Counted from the stretch's first letter, positions 15,576 to 22,794 are shown. The stretch is DNA of 26,604 bases from an archaeon (GCA_043810775.1 JBDRNU010000022.1:1-26604), one strand, 5' to 3'. Program-made: numbers and translations. Notes: a model not told the origin generated them from the letters alone.

Positions 15576-16265
15576 CTATATTTTATATTTTCTCCAGTTC
15601 ATGCTTTTCCCCAATCCCTTCGCCACCCTGACTGCATCTTTAATCAAGTATCTTGGAAGATTTCTAAGTTCAGCCGGAGTAATGAATATACAGGGGATTT
15701 TATACTTTTTGTACAGCTTGTTTTTTTCAACTTTTTTTTTCCAGGATTTAGGATGCCCACCATAATACTCAATGAATACATTATAGCGGGGAAGGTAAAA
15801 GTCTGGGACGCATATCCAGGCATCAAGCTTCAATGCACTGGATTCATAGCTTGCCTTAATTTTCCTGTCATAAAGAAAATTAGCTATTTGCTGTTCGCCT
15901 TTACTCCTAACTTTGAACTTGAACTTAGTTTTTTGCTTAAGTTCATTGAAATTCCTGCCTCCTGACAGGAATTTTTTCCATGCTTCTGGATGTTCAGCAT
16001 AGTATTTTTTCATTTCTTGAGATTTCTGCTTTCTTACATTTGGATGGTCGCGCCACCATTGAGTCATTATTTTATCGAGCTTGGCCTTATGACTTGGAGA
16101 TAGGTGCTTGCCTTTAGTTGGACTAATTAGCCTCCCTTCTTTATAAGCTCGCTTTAAACCTTTAGAAATATTTTTCTTCATACTGGCTGGAAGCTTTTTC
16201 CCGTGCCAGTATCCTTGCTTTCCAAGCCAATAATATCCTCTACCTGTTTTTTTGTTTTCTGACAT
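15576..16265 (-). CDS. Homing-endonuclease-like protein: NUMOD3-type DNA-binding repeats plus a PD-(D/E)xK-fold nuclease domain
   Basis: Two NUMOD3-like motifs (HGKKLPASMKKNISKGLKRAY and KGKHLSPSHKAKLDKIM). The C-terminus SKGEQQIANFLYDRKIKASYE ... PDFYLPRYNVFIEYYGG resembles restriction-endonuclease-fold domains. Confidence 0.55.
   Translation of the reverse strand: MSENKKTGRGYYWLGKQGYWHGKKLPASMKKNISKGLKRAYKEGRLISPTKGKHLSPSHKAKLDKIMTQWWRDHPNVRKQKSQEMKKYYAEHPEAWKKFLSGGRNFNELKQKTKFKFKVRSKGEQQIANFLYDRKIKASYESSALKLDAWICVPDFYLPRYNVFIEYYGGHPKSWKKKVEKNKLYKKYKIPCIFITPAELRNLPRYLIKDAVRVAKGLGKSMNWRKYKI
15578..15602. repeat. 25-nt exact direct repeat, copy 2
   Basis: Identical to 14885-14909. Here it forms the last eight sense codons of the 229-aa nuclease gene. 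Confidence 0.9.
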
Positions 16266-16674
16266 TCTTTAACTTAAGTTTTTTAATTAGCCACAGGATT
16301 AAAACTACAATTAAGGATATAATTGCAATCAATACTATAATTAAAAATAAGAAAGGAAGATAATAAACCTTAAGATTCATGTTTCTTATTTCTTTACTCC
16401 AGTATTCTCTTATTGAATCGCATTGGTCATAGGTAATATTTAACCCTTCACAAGCTTGGTTCATTGTTGCTTCAGCATGACTTATTCCTAGCAAGGCAGT
16501 GCATTCTTCAATACTTCTATTGCCACATAGCTCTTTTTGCTCTTCAATATGCTGATTAAAACTTTCCATAGCACTGCAACACATTACATCTCTGGGCATT
16601 TCATAGGAGAAAGAGCTAACTAAAGGAATTACTGCCAGAAAAATAATGCAACTAATAATCGCCCCTATTTTCAT
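16240..16674 (-). CDS. Cys-rich protein with N-terminal signal/anchor and C-terminal TM anchor, 144 aa
   Basis: N-terminus MKIGAIISCIIFLAVIPLVSS, eight further Cys after the signal/anchor region, and a C-terminal TM YYLPFLFLIIVLIAIISLIVVLILWLI followed by a basic tail. Overlaps the downstream nuclease gene by 26 nt. Confidence 0.7.
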   Translation of the reverse strand: MKIGAIISCIIFLAVIPLVSSFSYEMPRDVMCCSAMESFNQHIEEQKELCGNRSIEECTALLGISHAEATMNQACEGLNITYDQCDSIREYWSKEIRNMNLKVYYLPFLFLIIVLIAIISLIVVLILWLIKKLKLKNVRKQKNR

Positions 16675-16788
16675 ATTCTAGATTAGAAATCTGGGAATTT
16701 AAGCTTTATGGCTGAGTGGGGAATTATTAAGTAAATCCCAACTAAACACTATAATAATATTTAAAAAGAGTGCAAGGAAAGAATATTT

Positions 16789-17772
16789 ATGGCAAATAAG
16801 GGAATTTCCAGAAGAGATTTCTTAAAATTAGCAGCAGTAACAGGACTAGCTGTTCCAAGTTCAGGATGTGGTTTAAAGGAGTTTATTTTTCCTAAAAAAC
16901 CTGCATATATTCCTAATCCAGAATTTGCAAAGCTTTTACCTACCTTAAAAGAGATAATACTAGAAGAAGGAGAAGAATATTTTTCATTTCCAGAAGATTT
17001 TCCTGATAGGATAGATTCAATTGAGGAAATTAATCAGACTTTATATCCTGAGGTTCAAAATTCAATTGATATTTTTCTTGAAAAAAAGAACACTTATCCA
17101 GAACTGCATAAGCTTTCTGCAATTAATATTAAATCATTGCTTTATGCAGCTGCTGGTGTTGGATTTTTTAAGACTGCAAGCTGGGGCCAGAAATTCTTTG
17201 GAAAAACTAAATTTGACAGATTTCAAGCAAGTGCTGTTAAATATCTTCTCACTAGTATGTTTGCTCTGCATACACTAGCAGCAGCGTTTGGTTCAAAAGG
17301 ACAATACTCTCATATTACTAAAGACATAAGTGTAGATTTGGGAAATTCTAGAAGCTCAACAAAAAAGTTTGTGGGGCATGAAGCTTTTCATTATTTATAT
17401 TTTAAAAGTGTTAAAAAAAGAGAGCCTATTTGGGTAGTTGAAGGTTTTGCTGATGCAGCTATTTTGAGTGCTTTAGATAATAATGGACTTTTAGAAAAAA
17501 CTAAAAATGAAGTTAGGAGGGAGTCATTAGAAGATATGATTGCTATTTATAATTCAGTAAGAAATAAAGAAGATGCTTCTACTGAACTTCCAAAAGAGTT
17601 TCAGGAATTTTCTTCTAAATTTATGAGTGGAGTTGGGAATTACTCTTTTGGCTATAGTTTTTTTAGAATACGGGAAAGGCAATTAGGAAAAGGCATTTAT
17701 GCATCTATTTTAGAAGAAGGGAGCTTGAAACCTGTTGAGCCCTTGACTAGTTTAAATATTAAGAACAAATAA
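16789..17772 (+). CDS. Tat-signal lipoprotein with a peptidase-MA-like (HExxH ... WxxEGxA) domain
   Basis: Twin-arginine motif SRRDFLKLAAVTGLAV followed by a lipobox-like SSGC. GHEAFHYLYF ... IWVVEGFADAA fits the gluzincin pattern. Confidence 0.65.
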   Translation: MANKGISRRDFLKLAAVTGLAVPSSGCGLKEFIFPKKPAYIPNPEFAKLLPTLKEIILEEGEEYFSFPEDFPDRIDSIEEINQTLYPEVQNSIDIFLEKKNTYPELHKLSAINIKSLLYAAAGVGFFKTASWGQKFFGKTKFDRFQASAVKYLLTSMFALHTLAAAFGSKGQYSHITKDISVDLGNSRSSTKKFVGHEAFHYLYFKSVKKREPIWVVEGFADAAILSALDNNGLLEKTKNEVRRESLEDMIAIYNSVRNKEDASTELPKEFQEFSSKFMSGVGNYSFGYSFFRIRERQLGKGIYASILEEGSLKPVEPLTSLNIKNK

Positions 17773-17790
17773 TCTTAATTTAATTTTTTA
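17761..17790. repeat. 30-nt exact direct repeat, copy 1
   Basis: AAGAACAAATAATCTTAATTTAATTTTTTA is identical to 21755-21784. It covers K-N-K-stop of the gene at 16789..17772 plus 18 nt of spacer. Confidence 0.9.
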
Positions 17791-17928
17791 TTATCGAATA
17801 ACTTTTTTTACTTTTCCACACCTTAGACACTTGAATTTCTGGGCAAATTTCCCATTGCCAGCATTTTCCGGACCCATAAACTTGGTCCAGTGATGAAAAC
17901 CAAATAGACATTTAATATTCTTTGCCAT
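17791..17928 (-). CDS. Small zinc-ribbon-like protein, 45 aa (not in the track)
   Basis: Hand translation: MAKNIKCLFGFHHWTKFMGPENAGNGKFAQKFKCLRCGKVKKVIR*. The pattern C-x4-H-H ... C-x2-C resembles small phage-type proteins (DUF1660-like), recalled from memory. Confidence 0.45.
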   Translation of the reverse strand: MAKNIKCLFGFHHWTKFMGPENAGNGKFAQKFKCLRCGKVKKVIR

Positions 17929-17965
17929 AGTTTAAACTTGATAAGAGTATTTATTTAATTTTCTA

Positions 17966-18724
17966 TTAGAAATCATAACTAACACCAGCTAAAGCCCTAA
18001 TTGAATTAATTTCTCCAAAACTAGCCTCCATGCTTTGATAACCTATTGATAAATTGACAGTGACATCGTCTGCTAAATTATATTCAATTCCTAAACTACC
18101 ACTAATGCCAATTGGATTATCACTTTCACTAGTTACACTTTCAAATTCCCCATATCTATCATGACCTGATTCAACTTCAGCATCAATCATTAGAGGCAAG
18201 CCAATTTTCCCTACTAATCCAATACTTTCAGAACTTATTCTTCCACCAACATATGGCTCTAACGTAACTAGGCCTGGCACAAACTGAGTATAGACAAAAG
18301 AGGCATTATCTCCAGGACGCCTATCAGATGATTGTTTTTTTACATCATACATACCTTCCCTATATCCATCTGCGAAAAAACCAGAATTAATAATAGCATC
18401 AGCTCCAAATAAAAACCTTAGAACATCAGTGCCATATGAACCTTCAACACCTAATCTTAATCCAATATCTTCTCCACTATTAAGATTAGTATCAGTAGTT
18501 CCTGATAAAAAACCAGCATCATCAGGATGTACATCAACTGTCTGTACATCATCATTTATCTTAAGATTATAAAAATTAAAGTCTAAACCAAAGTTTCCCC
18601 TAGTCTCAAAATATTTATCTCGGCTTTTTGAATCTGAATCACTTGATGCAAATGCTGGAACTGGAATAAGAGGCAGTAAAGTAGTGAGTAGAATAGCTGC
18701 AATTTTTGAAAATCTTTTAGCCAT
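17966..18724 (-). CDS. Secreted protein resembling a bacterial outer-membrane beta-barrel
   Basis: Signal peptide ending PAFA-SS. Repeated amphipathic beta-strand-like segments (GLRLGVEGSYG, GISGSLGIEYNL, VTVNLSIGYQSM). C-terminus ALAGVSYDF ends in an aromatic residue, like an OMP beta-signal. Confidence 0.55.
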   Translation of the reverse strand: MAKRFSKIAAILLTTLLPLIPVPAFASSDSDSKSRDKYFETRGNFGLDFNFYNLKINDDVQTVDVHPDDAGFLSGTTDTNLNSGEDIGLRLGVEGSYGTDVLRFLFGADAIINSGFFADGYREGMYDVKKQSSDRRPGDNASFVYTQFVPGLVTLEPYVGGRISSESIGLVGKIGLPLMIDAEVESGHDRYGEFESVTSESDNPIGISGSLGIEYNLADDVTVNLSIGYQSMEASFGEINSIRALAGVSYDF

Positions 18725-18841
18725 ATTATATCAGAGGTATTGGGATATTTAAATTTATATTCATTTTAAAATATATATTTACTTTCCCTGCCACCCTACT
18801 AATATCAAAACTTATATAAACATTAATTTTAGAGGATTTTT

Positions 18842-19318
18842 ATGAATAAAATAAAATTATCTAAAAAATTAGTTATAGCAGTACAAAATACTAATAATAA
18901 GTATGATAATTTTCAAGGAATAGTCCTATTCGGCAGTTTTGCAAACCCAGAAGTTAAAAAACCAAGAGATGTAGATTTTATTCCAGTCCTAAATAAATAT
19001 GATGGTTGTTGGCAGTTTTCAACAGATGATGAGGGAGATTATGATGAAGCATATCATGGTTTTAAAGAAATGGAAGAATTCTTTGGAACCCACTTCCCAG
19101 AGTTTGCTGAAGAGTATGATGTGTTATTTAAAACCCGTTGGAAAAGAAAAGCATTATTCCATGTTGAATCACTGGTGGCTATTGATAATCTTCCTGAGTT
19201 ACAATCATCGTTAGTCCACTACAGAACAAACCCTGAAAATTTTATTGGAACAAAAAAAGCTGCTCAAATAATATCTGAGTTTTATAAAAGTTTAAGAAAT
19301 CCTCTAGTCCCTTGTTAA
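18842..19318 (+). CDS. Nucleotidyltransferase-fold (Pol-beta/MNT-like) protein, 158 aa
   Basis: GIVLFGSFANPEVKKPRDVDFIPV matches the G-S-x(n)-D-x-D motif of minimal nucleotidyltransferases. Confidence 0.6.
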   Translation: MNKIKLSKKLVIAVQNTNNKYDNFQGIVLFGSFANPEVKKPRDVDFIPVLNKYDGCWQFSTDDEGDYDEAYHGFKEMEEFFGTHFPEFAEEYDVLFKTRWKRKALFHVESLVAIDNLPELQSSLVHYRTNPENFIGTKKAAQIISEFYKSLRNPLVPC

Positions 19319-19347
19319 TTAAAATATCAGGCTTTCCACACCTGACT

Positions 19348-20964
19348 TTATTTTGACTTTATGATTTCTACCTTATCTCCAGGAGATAGGTTAAAATCTT
19401 CCCATTTTTCTTCAGAAATAACTTCCCCATTAACTCTTACCAATGGTATTCCTTCAATTTTATATCTTTGAAGCATTGATTCAATTGATGTATATATACA
19501 AATAAATGGCTCTCCTTCCCTTATTATAACTTCTGCAGATTTTTCATTCATTAGAGTTTGGGAAAGCTCCAATAATTTCCTGATTTTTTCACTGCCCTCT
19601 TCTCTAATAAGAGTCTTATTTTCAATTAAAGTATTTAAATCATTAATTACAGTAAAAACTTGATTTAAAACAGGATCATAATCAGGATGGTCTTCTAGTA
19701 TAACTTGATAAGTATTCTTTGACCACTGCCTAAATCCTTTATTTCGGTCATCTTGGGTTGCTTCCTTTTTTCCAGTTAAAATGAGATTAATAACTTCTGC
19801 AACATAGTAATCAAACTCACTTACTTTTTTAGGATCAAGATATTTACTTTCTGCCATTGCTTGCATTCTGTCATAAGGATGAACTGCACCCTGGATTTTG
19901 AGTTCAACTTCTTCATCTGTTAGTCCTACTAGTGATTCTAGACTTGGTTCTTTTCCTTCTTTTCTGGCTTTTCTTGCAGCTGCTTTTTCAAATTTTTCCT
20001 GAAATCTGGAATCTACTTCTTTATCTTTTTCTTTTTGAGCTGCCTGTTCTTTTAGTTTTTCTTCAATTGAAATGCTTTTATAACATTGATATAAGGTAGA
20101 ATGATAACTTCCTAATTCTCTTAGTCCCCGCTCTATAATTTCATGATTTGCTGTATGCTCTTCAATATGCTTTCTTAATAAAGAAACATATAGCCTAGCT
20201 GCTTTCTCACTCGAATTTAAAGTTGTTTTAATATTATTTCTTCTAAGAACTCGGTTAACTCCTTTAAACTGTCCGTCTAATTCTGGATCAAAAATAATAT
20301 TAACTGCTTTATATAACATTCCCAAGGATTCAGCCACTTTATCTCTTTTTTTACCTACTTCAATAATTGCTGTTACATTTTCTTCATTAGTTAGAAGTTT
20401 ATGGGCATAGGAAATACATTTCACATTTTCCCAGTTGCTTCCTGGATAGCTAGTTGGAGTGTCATATCCTTTTGGGCCTGGTAAAGCTAGTCTCTGGCTT
20501 GTTGGAGCTGCTGCTATTTCTTTTAATCTTCCAGCTGTTTCTCCCAATCCTCCAAGAAGTAATTTAAGCCTATATAGAGGATCTTGACTAAGTTCAGTTA
20601 CCACTAAATCTTTGATTCTGCTATTTTTATCAACATCATTAAGCCCATGAAGAATTAATTCCAGATTATCAGGGTGTCTTCTTACATAATCTGACATTAA
20701 AACAGCAACTCTTGGAACTATATCTTTTTGAGTTCCTAATTCCATCATCACTTTCCAATAAATATTATAAATACCTCTTAAATGAGTATGTAACTTGGTT
20801 ATCTCTTTTTTTTCGCAGATAAATTCTATCCCCTTATGTAGAAATTCAACATACTCTGAATGCTTAAGGAACTTATTTACATTTGGGCTTTTTTTCCCTG
20901 TTCTAGGCCAAATATTATAAACTGCTTCAAAAATCTTGCCAGTGTTTAGGTATTGCTCTCCCAT
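19348..20964 (-). CDS. Large orphan protein, 538 aa, with a C-terminal ThiS/MoaD-like beta-grasp domain lacking a GG terminus
   Basis: The last roughly 65 aa (EVIIREGEPFICIYTSIESMLQRYKIEGIPLVRVNGEVISEEKWEDFNLSPGDKVEIIKSK) reproduce the ThiS spacing N-x8-W-x7-GD. The helical, Lys/Glu-rich N-terminal 470 aa are unrecognised. Confidence 0.7.
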   Translation of the reverse strand: MGEQYLNTGKIFEAVYNIWPRTGKKSPNVNKFLKHSEYVEFLHKGIEFICEKKEITKLHTHLRGIYNIYWKVMMELGTQKDIVPRVAVLMSDYVRRHPDNLELILHGLNDVDKNSRIKDLVVTELSQDPLYRLKLLLGGLGETAGRLKEIAAAPTSQRLALPGPKGYDTPTSYPGSNWENVKCISYAHKLLTNEENVTAIIEVGKKRDKVAESLGMLYKAVNIIFDPELDGQFKGVNRVLRRNNIKTTLNSSEKAARLYVSLLRKHIEEHTANHEIIERGLRELGSYHSTLYQCYKSISIEEKLKEQAAQKEKDKEVDSRFQEKFEKAAARKARKEGKEPSLESLVGLTDEEVELKIQGAVHPYDRMQAMAESKYLDPKKVSEFDYYVAEVINLILTGKKEATQDDRNKGFRQWSKNTYQVILEDHPDYDPVLNQVFTVINDLNTLIENKTLIREEGSEKIRKLLELSQTLMNEKSAEVIIREGEPFICIYTSIESMLQRYKIEGIPLVRVNGEVISEEKWEDFNLSPGDKVEIIKSK

Positions 20965-21091
20965 CTAAAATTTGCAATAAAGGATAATTTTTAAATAAAT
21001 CTATACTGGAAAATAGACTTTTCCTCCACCTGCCACTCTCTTTAGCTGATAACAATAAATTTTATATATACTAAAATTACAGATAATTACA

Positions 21092-21766
21092 ATGAAAGTA
21101 GGGAAATATGAAATTGATGAAGATAGAGTAGCTATATTAAACTCAAGTATGGGTCCGAGTTCAGAGAGTGCTTTTTTAACTTTATTTGAAAAATATATTG
21201 AAGACCGTGAAAAACCATTAATGATTGTTCTTAATACTACTGGAGGTTTGGCATTATCGCCAATGAATCTAGTAAATTTATGCCATTATGGGCATCCTAA
21301 ACCTAATTTAATAACATATGCTTTTGAAAAGTGCATGTCTGCAGGAGTAATAGCTATGCAGTTTGGCACTAGGAGAATTTCTGACCCAGACACAAAATTT
21401 ATGTTTCACCCGATTCGCAATATGCTTACAGGTGAAATCGCTAAACCAGACTCTTTAACATGGAGAATTGATAAATCAATTTACAAATCACTTGCAGACA
21501 GATGCGGAGTAAGTGTTGAACAATTGCGGGATGATTTTCCCAATGATGTATATCTTAGTGCTCAAGAAGCTATGATTTATGGAAAAAAAGGACTAATTGA
21601 CGAAATTGTGCAGGCACCTCCTGAATTAAGAGACAAAGTTAAGAATGGACTAAGAAGTGATATAAGCATGGAGGAGCTTGAAAAGTTAATTAATAGAATA
21701 AGTGAGATTACACTGCAATTAGCTGAAGAGCATATGAAAAGAGTTCGTTCTGAAAAGAACAAATAA
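21092..21766 (+). CDS. ClpP-family (S14-like) serine protease homologue with a coiled-coil-like C-terminal tail
   Basis: Aligns by eye with E. coli ClpP: MIVLNTTGG vs LYINSPGG, EKCMSAGV vs QAASMGA (Ser), KFMFHPI vs RVMIHQP (His), VYLSAQEAMIYG..IDEI vs RFLSAPEAVEYGLVDSI. Confidence 0.7.
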   Translation: MKVGKYEIDEDRVAILNSSMGPSSESAFLTLFEKYIEDREKPLMIVLNTTGGLALSPMNLVNLCHYGHPKPNLITYAFEKCMSAGVIAMQFGTRRISDPDTKFMFHPIRNMLTGEIAKPDSLTWRIDKSIYKSLADRCGVSVEQLRDDFPNDVYLSAQEAMIYGKKGLIDEIVQAPPELRDKVKNGLRSDISMEELEKLINRISEITLQLAEEHMKRVRSEKNK

Positions 21767-21784
21767 TCTTAATTTAATTTTTTA
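21755..21784. repeat. 30-nt exact direct repeat, copy 2
   Basis: Identical to 17761-17790. It covers K-N-K-stop of the ClpP-like gene plus the spacer and 3' end of the convergent exonuclease gene. Confidence 0.9.
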
Positions 21785-22370
21785 ATGAGTTTAATACTTG
21801 CTCAAATTCTTTGGCTTGAATAATAGCATCTTCTAGGGCGTTATGTTTTAGATCGGAACCTCTTAGGCCAAGCTGAGCTATGTGTGCATTAATATCGCGA
21901 ACAGCTCCACGATACATAGAATTAATATCTTCCCCACTATGCCCAAAAGGATTCTGACCTTGATAAAAATTATCAAAATACCAGGCAGTGAACATTCCGT
22001 CAAATTTTATTGGAGCTGCTGCTTCAACTGGCTTAAATCCTTTAGTATTAGATGAAACCCATTCTGCGTAATCTTTCATTACTTTTTCAGGAGATTCGCC
22101 TTTTTCTGCCAGAATATCAAGAATTTTATGAGGATTGAAACTTGGACTTTTAGGATTAAATTCATCAAGATGCCTTAAATCTGACAAGCATCTTAATCCT
22201 ATAGAACTTACTTTCATTGCCTCAAGAATAAAATTTCTAGAAATTGGCTTAATCTCACGATAAAACTGAATTGAGGTATCTCCTACAATACAAGCTCCTA
22301 AAGAAAGCATTGAGTATTTTCCCGGAGTTCGACCTGAAGATTCAATATCAACTGATACGTATTTTTTCAT
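21774..22370 (-). CDS. DEDDh 3'-5' exonuclease (DnaQ/RNase T-like)
   Basis: Exo I motif VSVDIESSG and Exo III motif HNALEDAIIQA (H-x4-D), in a 198-aa protein. Confidence 0.75.
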   Translation of the reverse strand: MKKYVSVDIESSGRTPGKYSMLSLGACIVGDTSIQFYREIKPISRNFILEAMKVSSIGLRCLSDLRHLDEFNPKSPSFNPHKILDILAEKGESPEKVMKDYAEWVSSNTKGFKPVEAAAPIKFDGMFTAWYFDNFYQGQNPFGHSGEDINSMYRGAVRDINAHIAQLGLRGSDLKHNALEDAIIQAKEFEQVLNSLKN

Positions 22371-22794
22371 AATATTTTTTTGGATTTAGTTGAGTTTCAA
22401 GTGAATTAATAGTATTCCTAAATTTATCTGATGAAGCTAGCCTTCCTAAAGCAAAAGCTGTTGCTGAACCTGCCCAAAAAGCAGCTATGTCTTTTAAATC
22501 GTAGGTGCCTGGCCAAATATGGGCTTTTTGCAAGAGCTCTACAGCTGTCCAGTAGATTGATATAAGAAATGCACCTTTTAGATGAGATTTTATATCATCT
22601 TGGTCTTCATCTCCATTAAACCAGGTAGTTAAGGCAAGAGATGTACCAAAGTCTCCAAACTGCCCAGAAACAAAGGAATAAGGAATTAAATGTGCAACCT
22701 GAAGAGCTTGTGCAGTTAATCCAGTTGCAGCTATTCCAATGCCTACTTTATTAGCTGTTTTATTCATGAAATCATAAAATGATTGTTTATTCAT
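22348..22794 (-). CDS. Hypothetical membrane protein, 148 aa
   Basis: Several hydrophobic segments. Its 3' end overlaps the exonuclease start by 23 nt, implying co-transcription. Confidence 0.6.
   Translation of the reverse strand: MNKQSFYDFMNKTANKVGIGIAATGLTAQALQVAHLIPYSFVSGQFGDFGTSLALTTWFNGDEDQDDIKSHLKGAFLISIYWTAVELLQKAHIWPGTYDLKDIAAFWAGSATAFALGRLASSDKFRNTINSLETQLNPKKYYEKIRIS

Noticed and set aside
15484-15965. ORFs 15484..15765 (+), 15644..15826 (-) and 15753..15965 (+)
   Set aside because: They overlap the NUMOD3/nuclease gene in other frames or on the other strand. The 93-aa ORF would also translate through the UUCG hairpin and the 25-nt repeat.
17021-17278. 85-aa plus-strand ORF in an alternative frame
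   Set aside because: It is nested inside the 327-aa Tat lipoprotein gene in another frame.
18999-19214. 71-aa alternative-frame ORF
   Set aside because: It is nested inside the nucleotidyltransferase gene.
17813-19344. Recurrence of TTCCACACCT (17813-17822 and 19335-19344; CCACACCT also at 98-105)
   Set aside because: The match is only 8-10 nt. One copy is inside the small zinc-ribbon ORF and the others are in hairpins, which is too short to distinguish from chance without genome-wide counts.
17791-21754. Interpreting the 4-kb segment as a provirus remnant (ClpP-like protein as prohead protease, 538-aa protein as portal)
   Set aside because: I can recognise no capsid, terminase or integrase. 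The two genes are divergent rather than in a morphogenesis-module order. A ThiS-like C-terminus is not a portal feature. The idea is not excluded, only unsupported.
21577-21762. 61-aa minus-strand ORF
   Set aside because: It is antisense to the 3' end of the ClpP-like gene.
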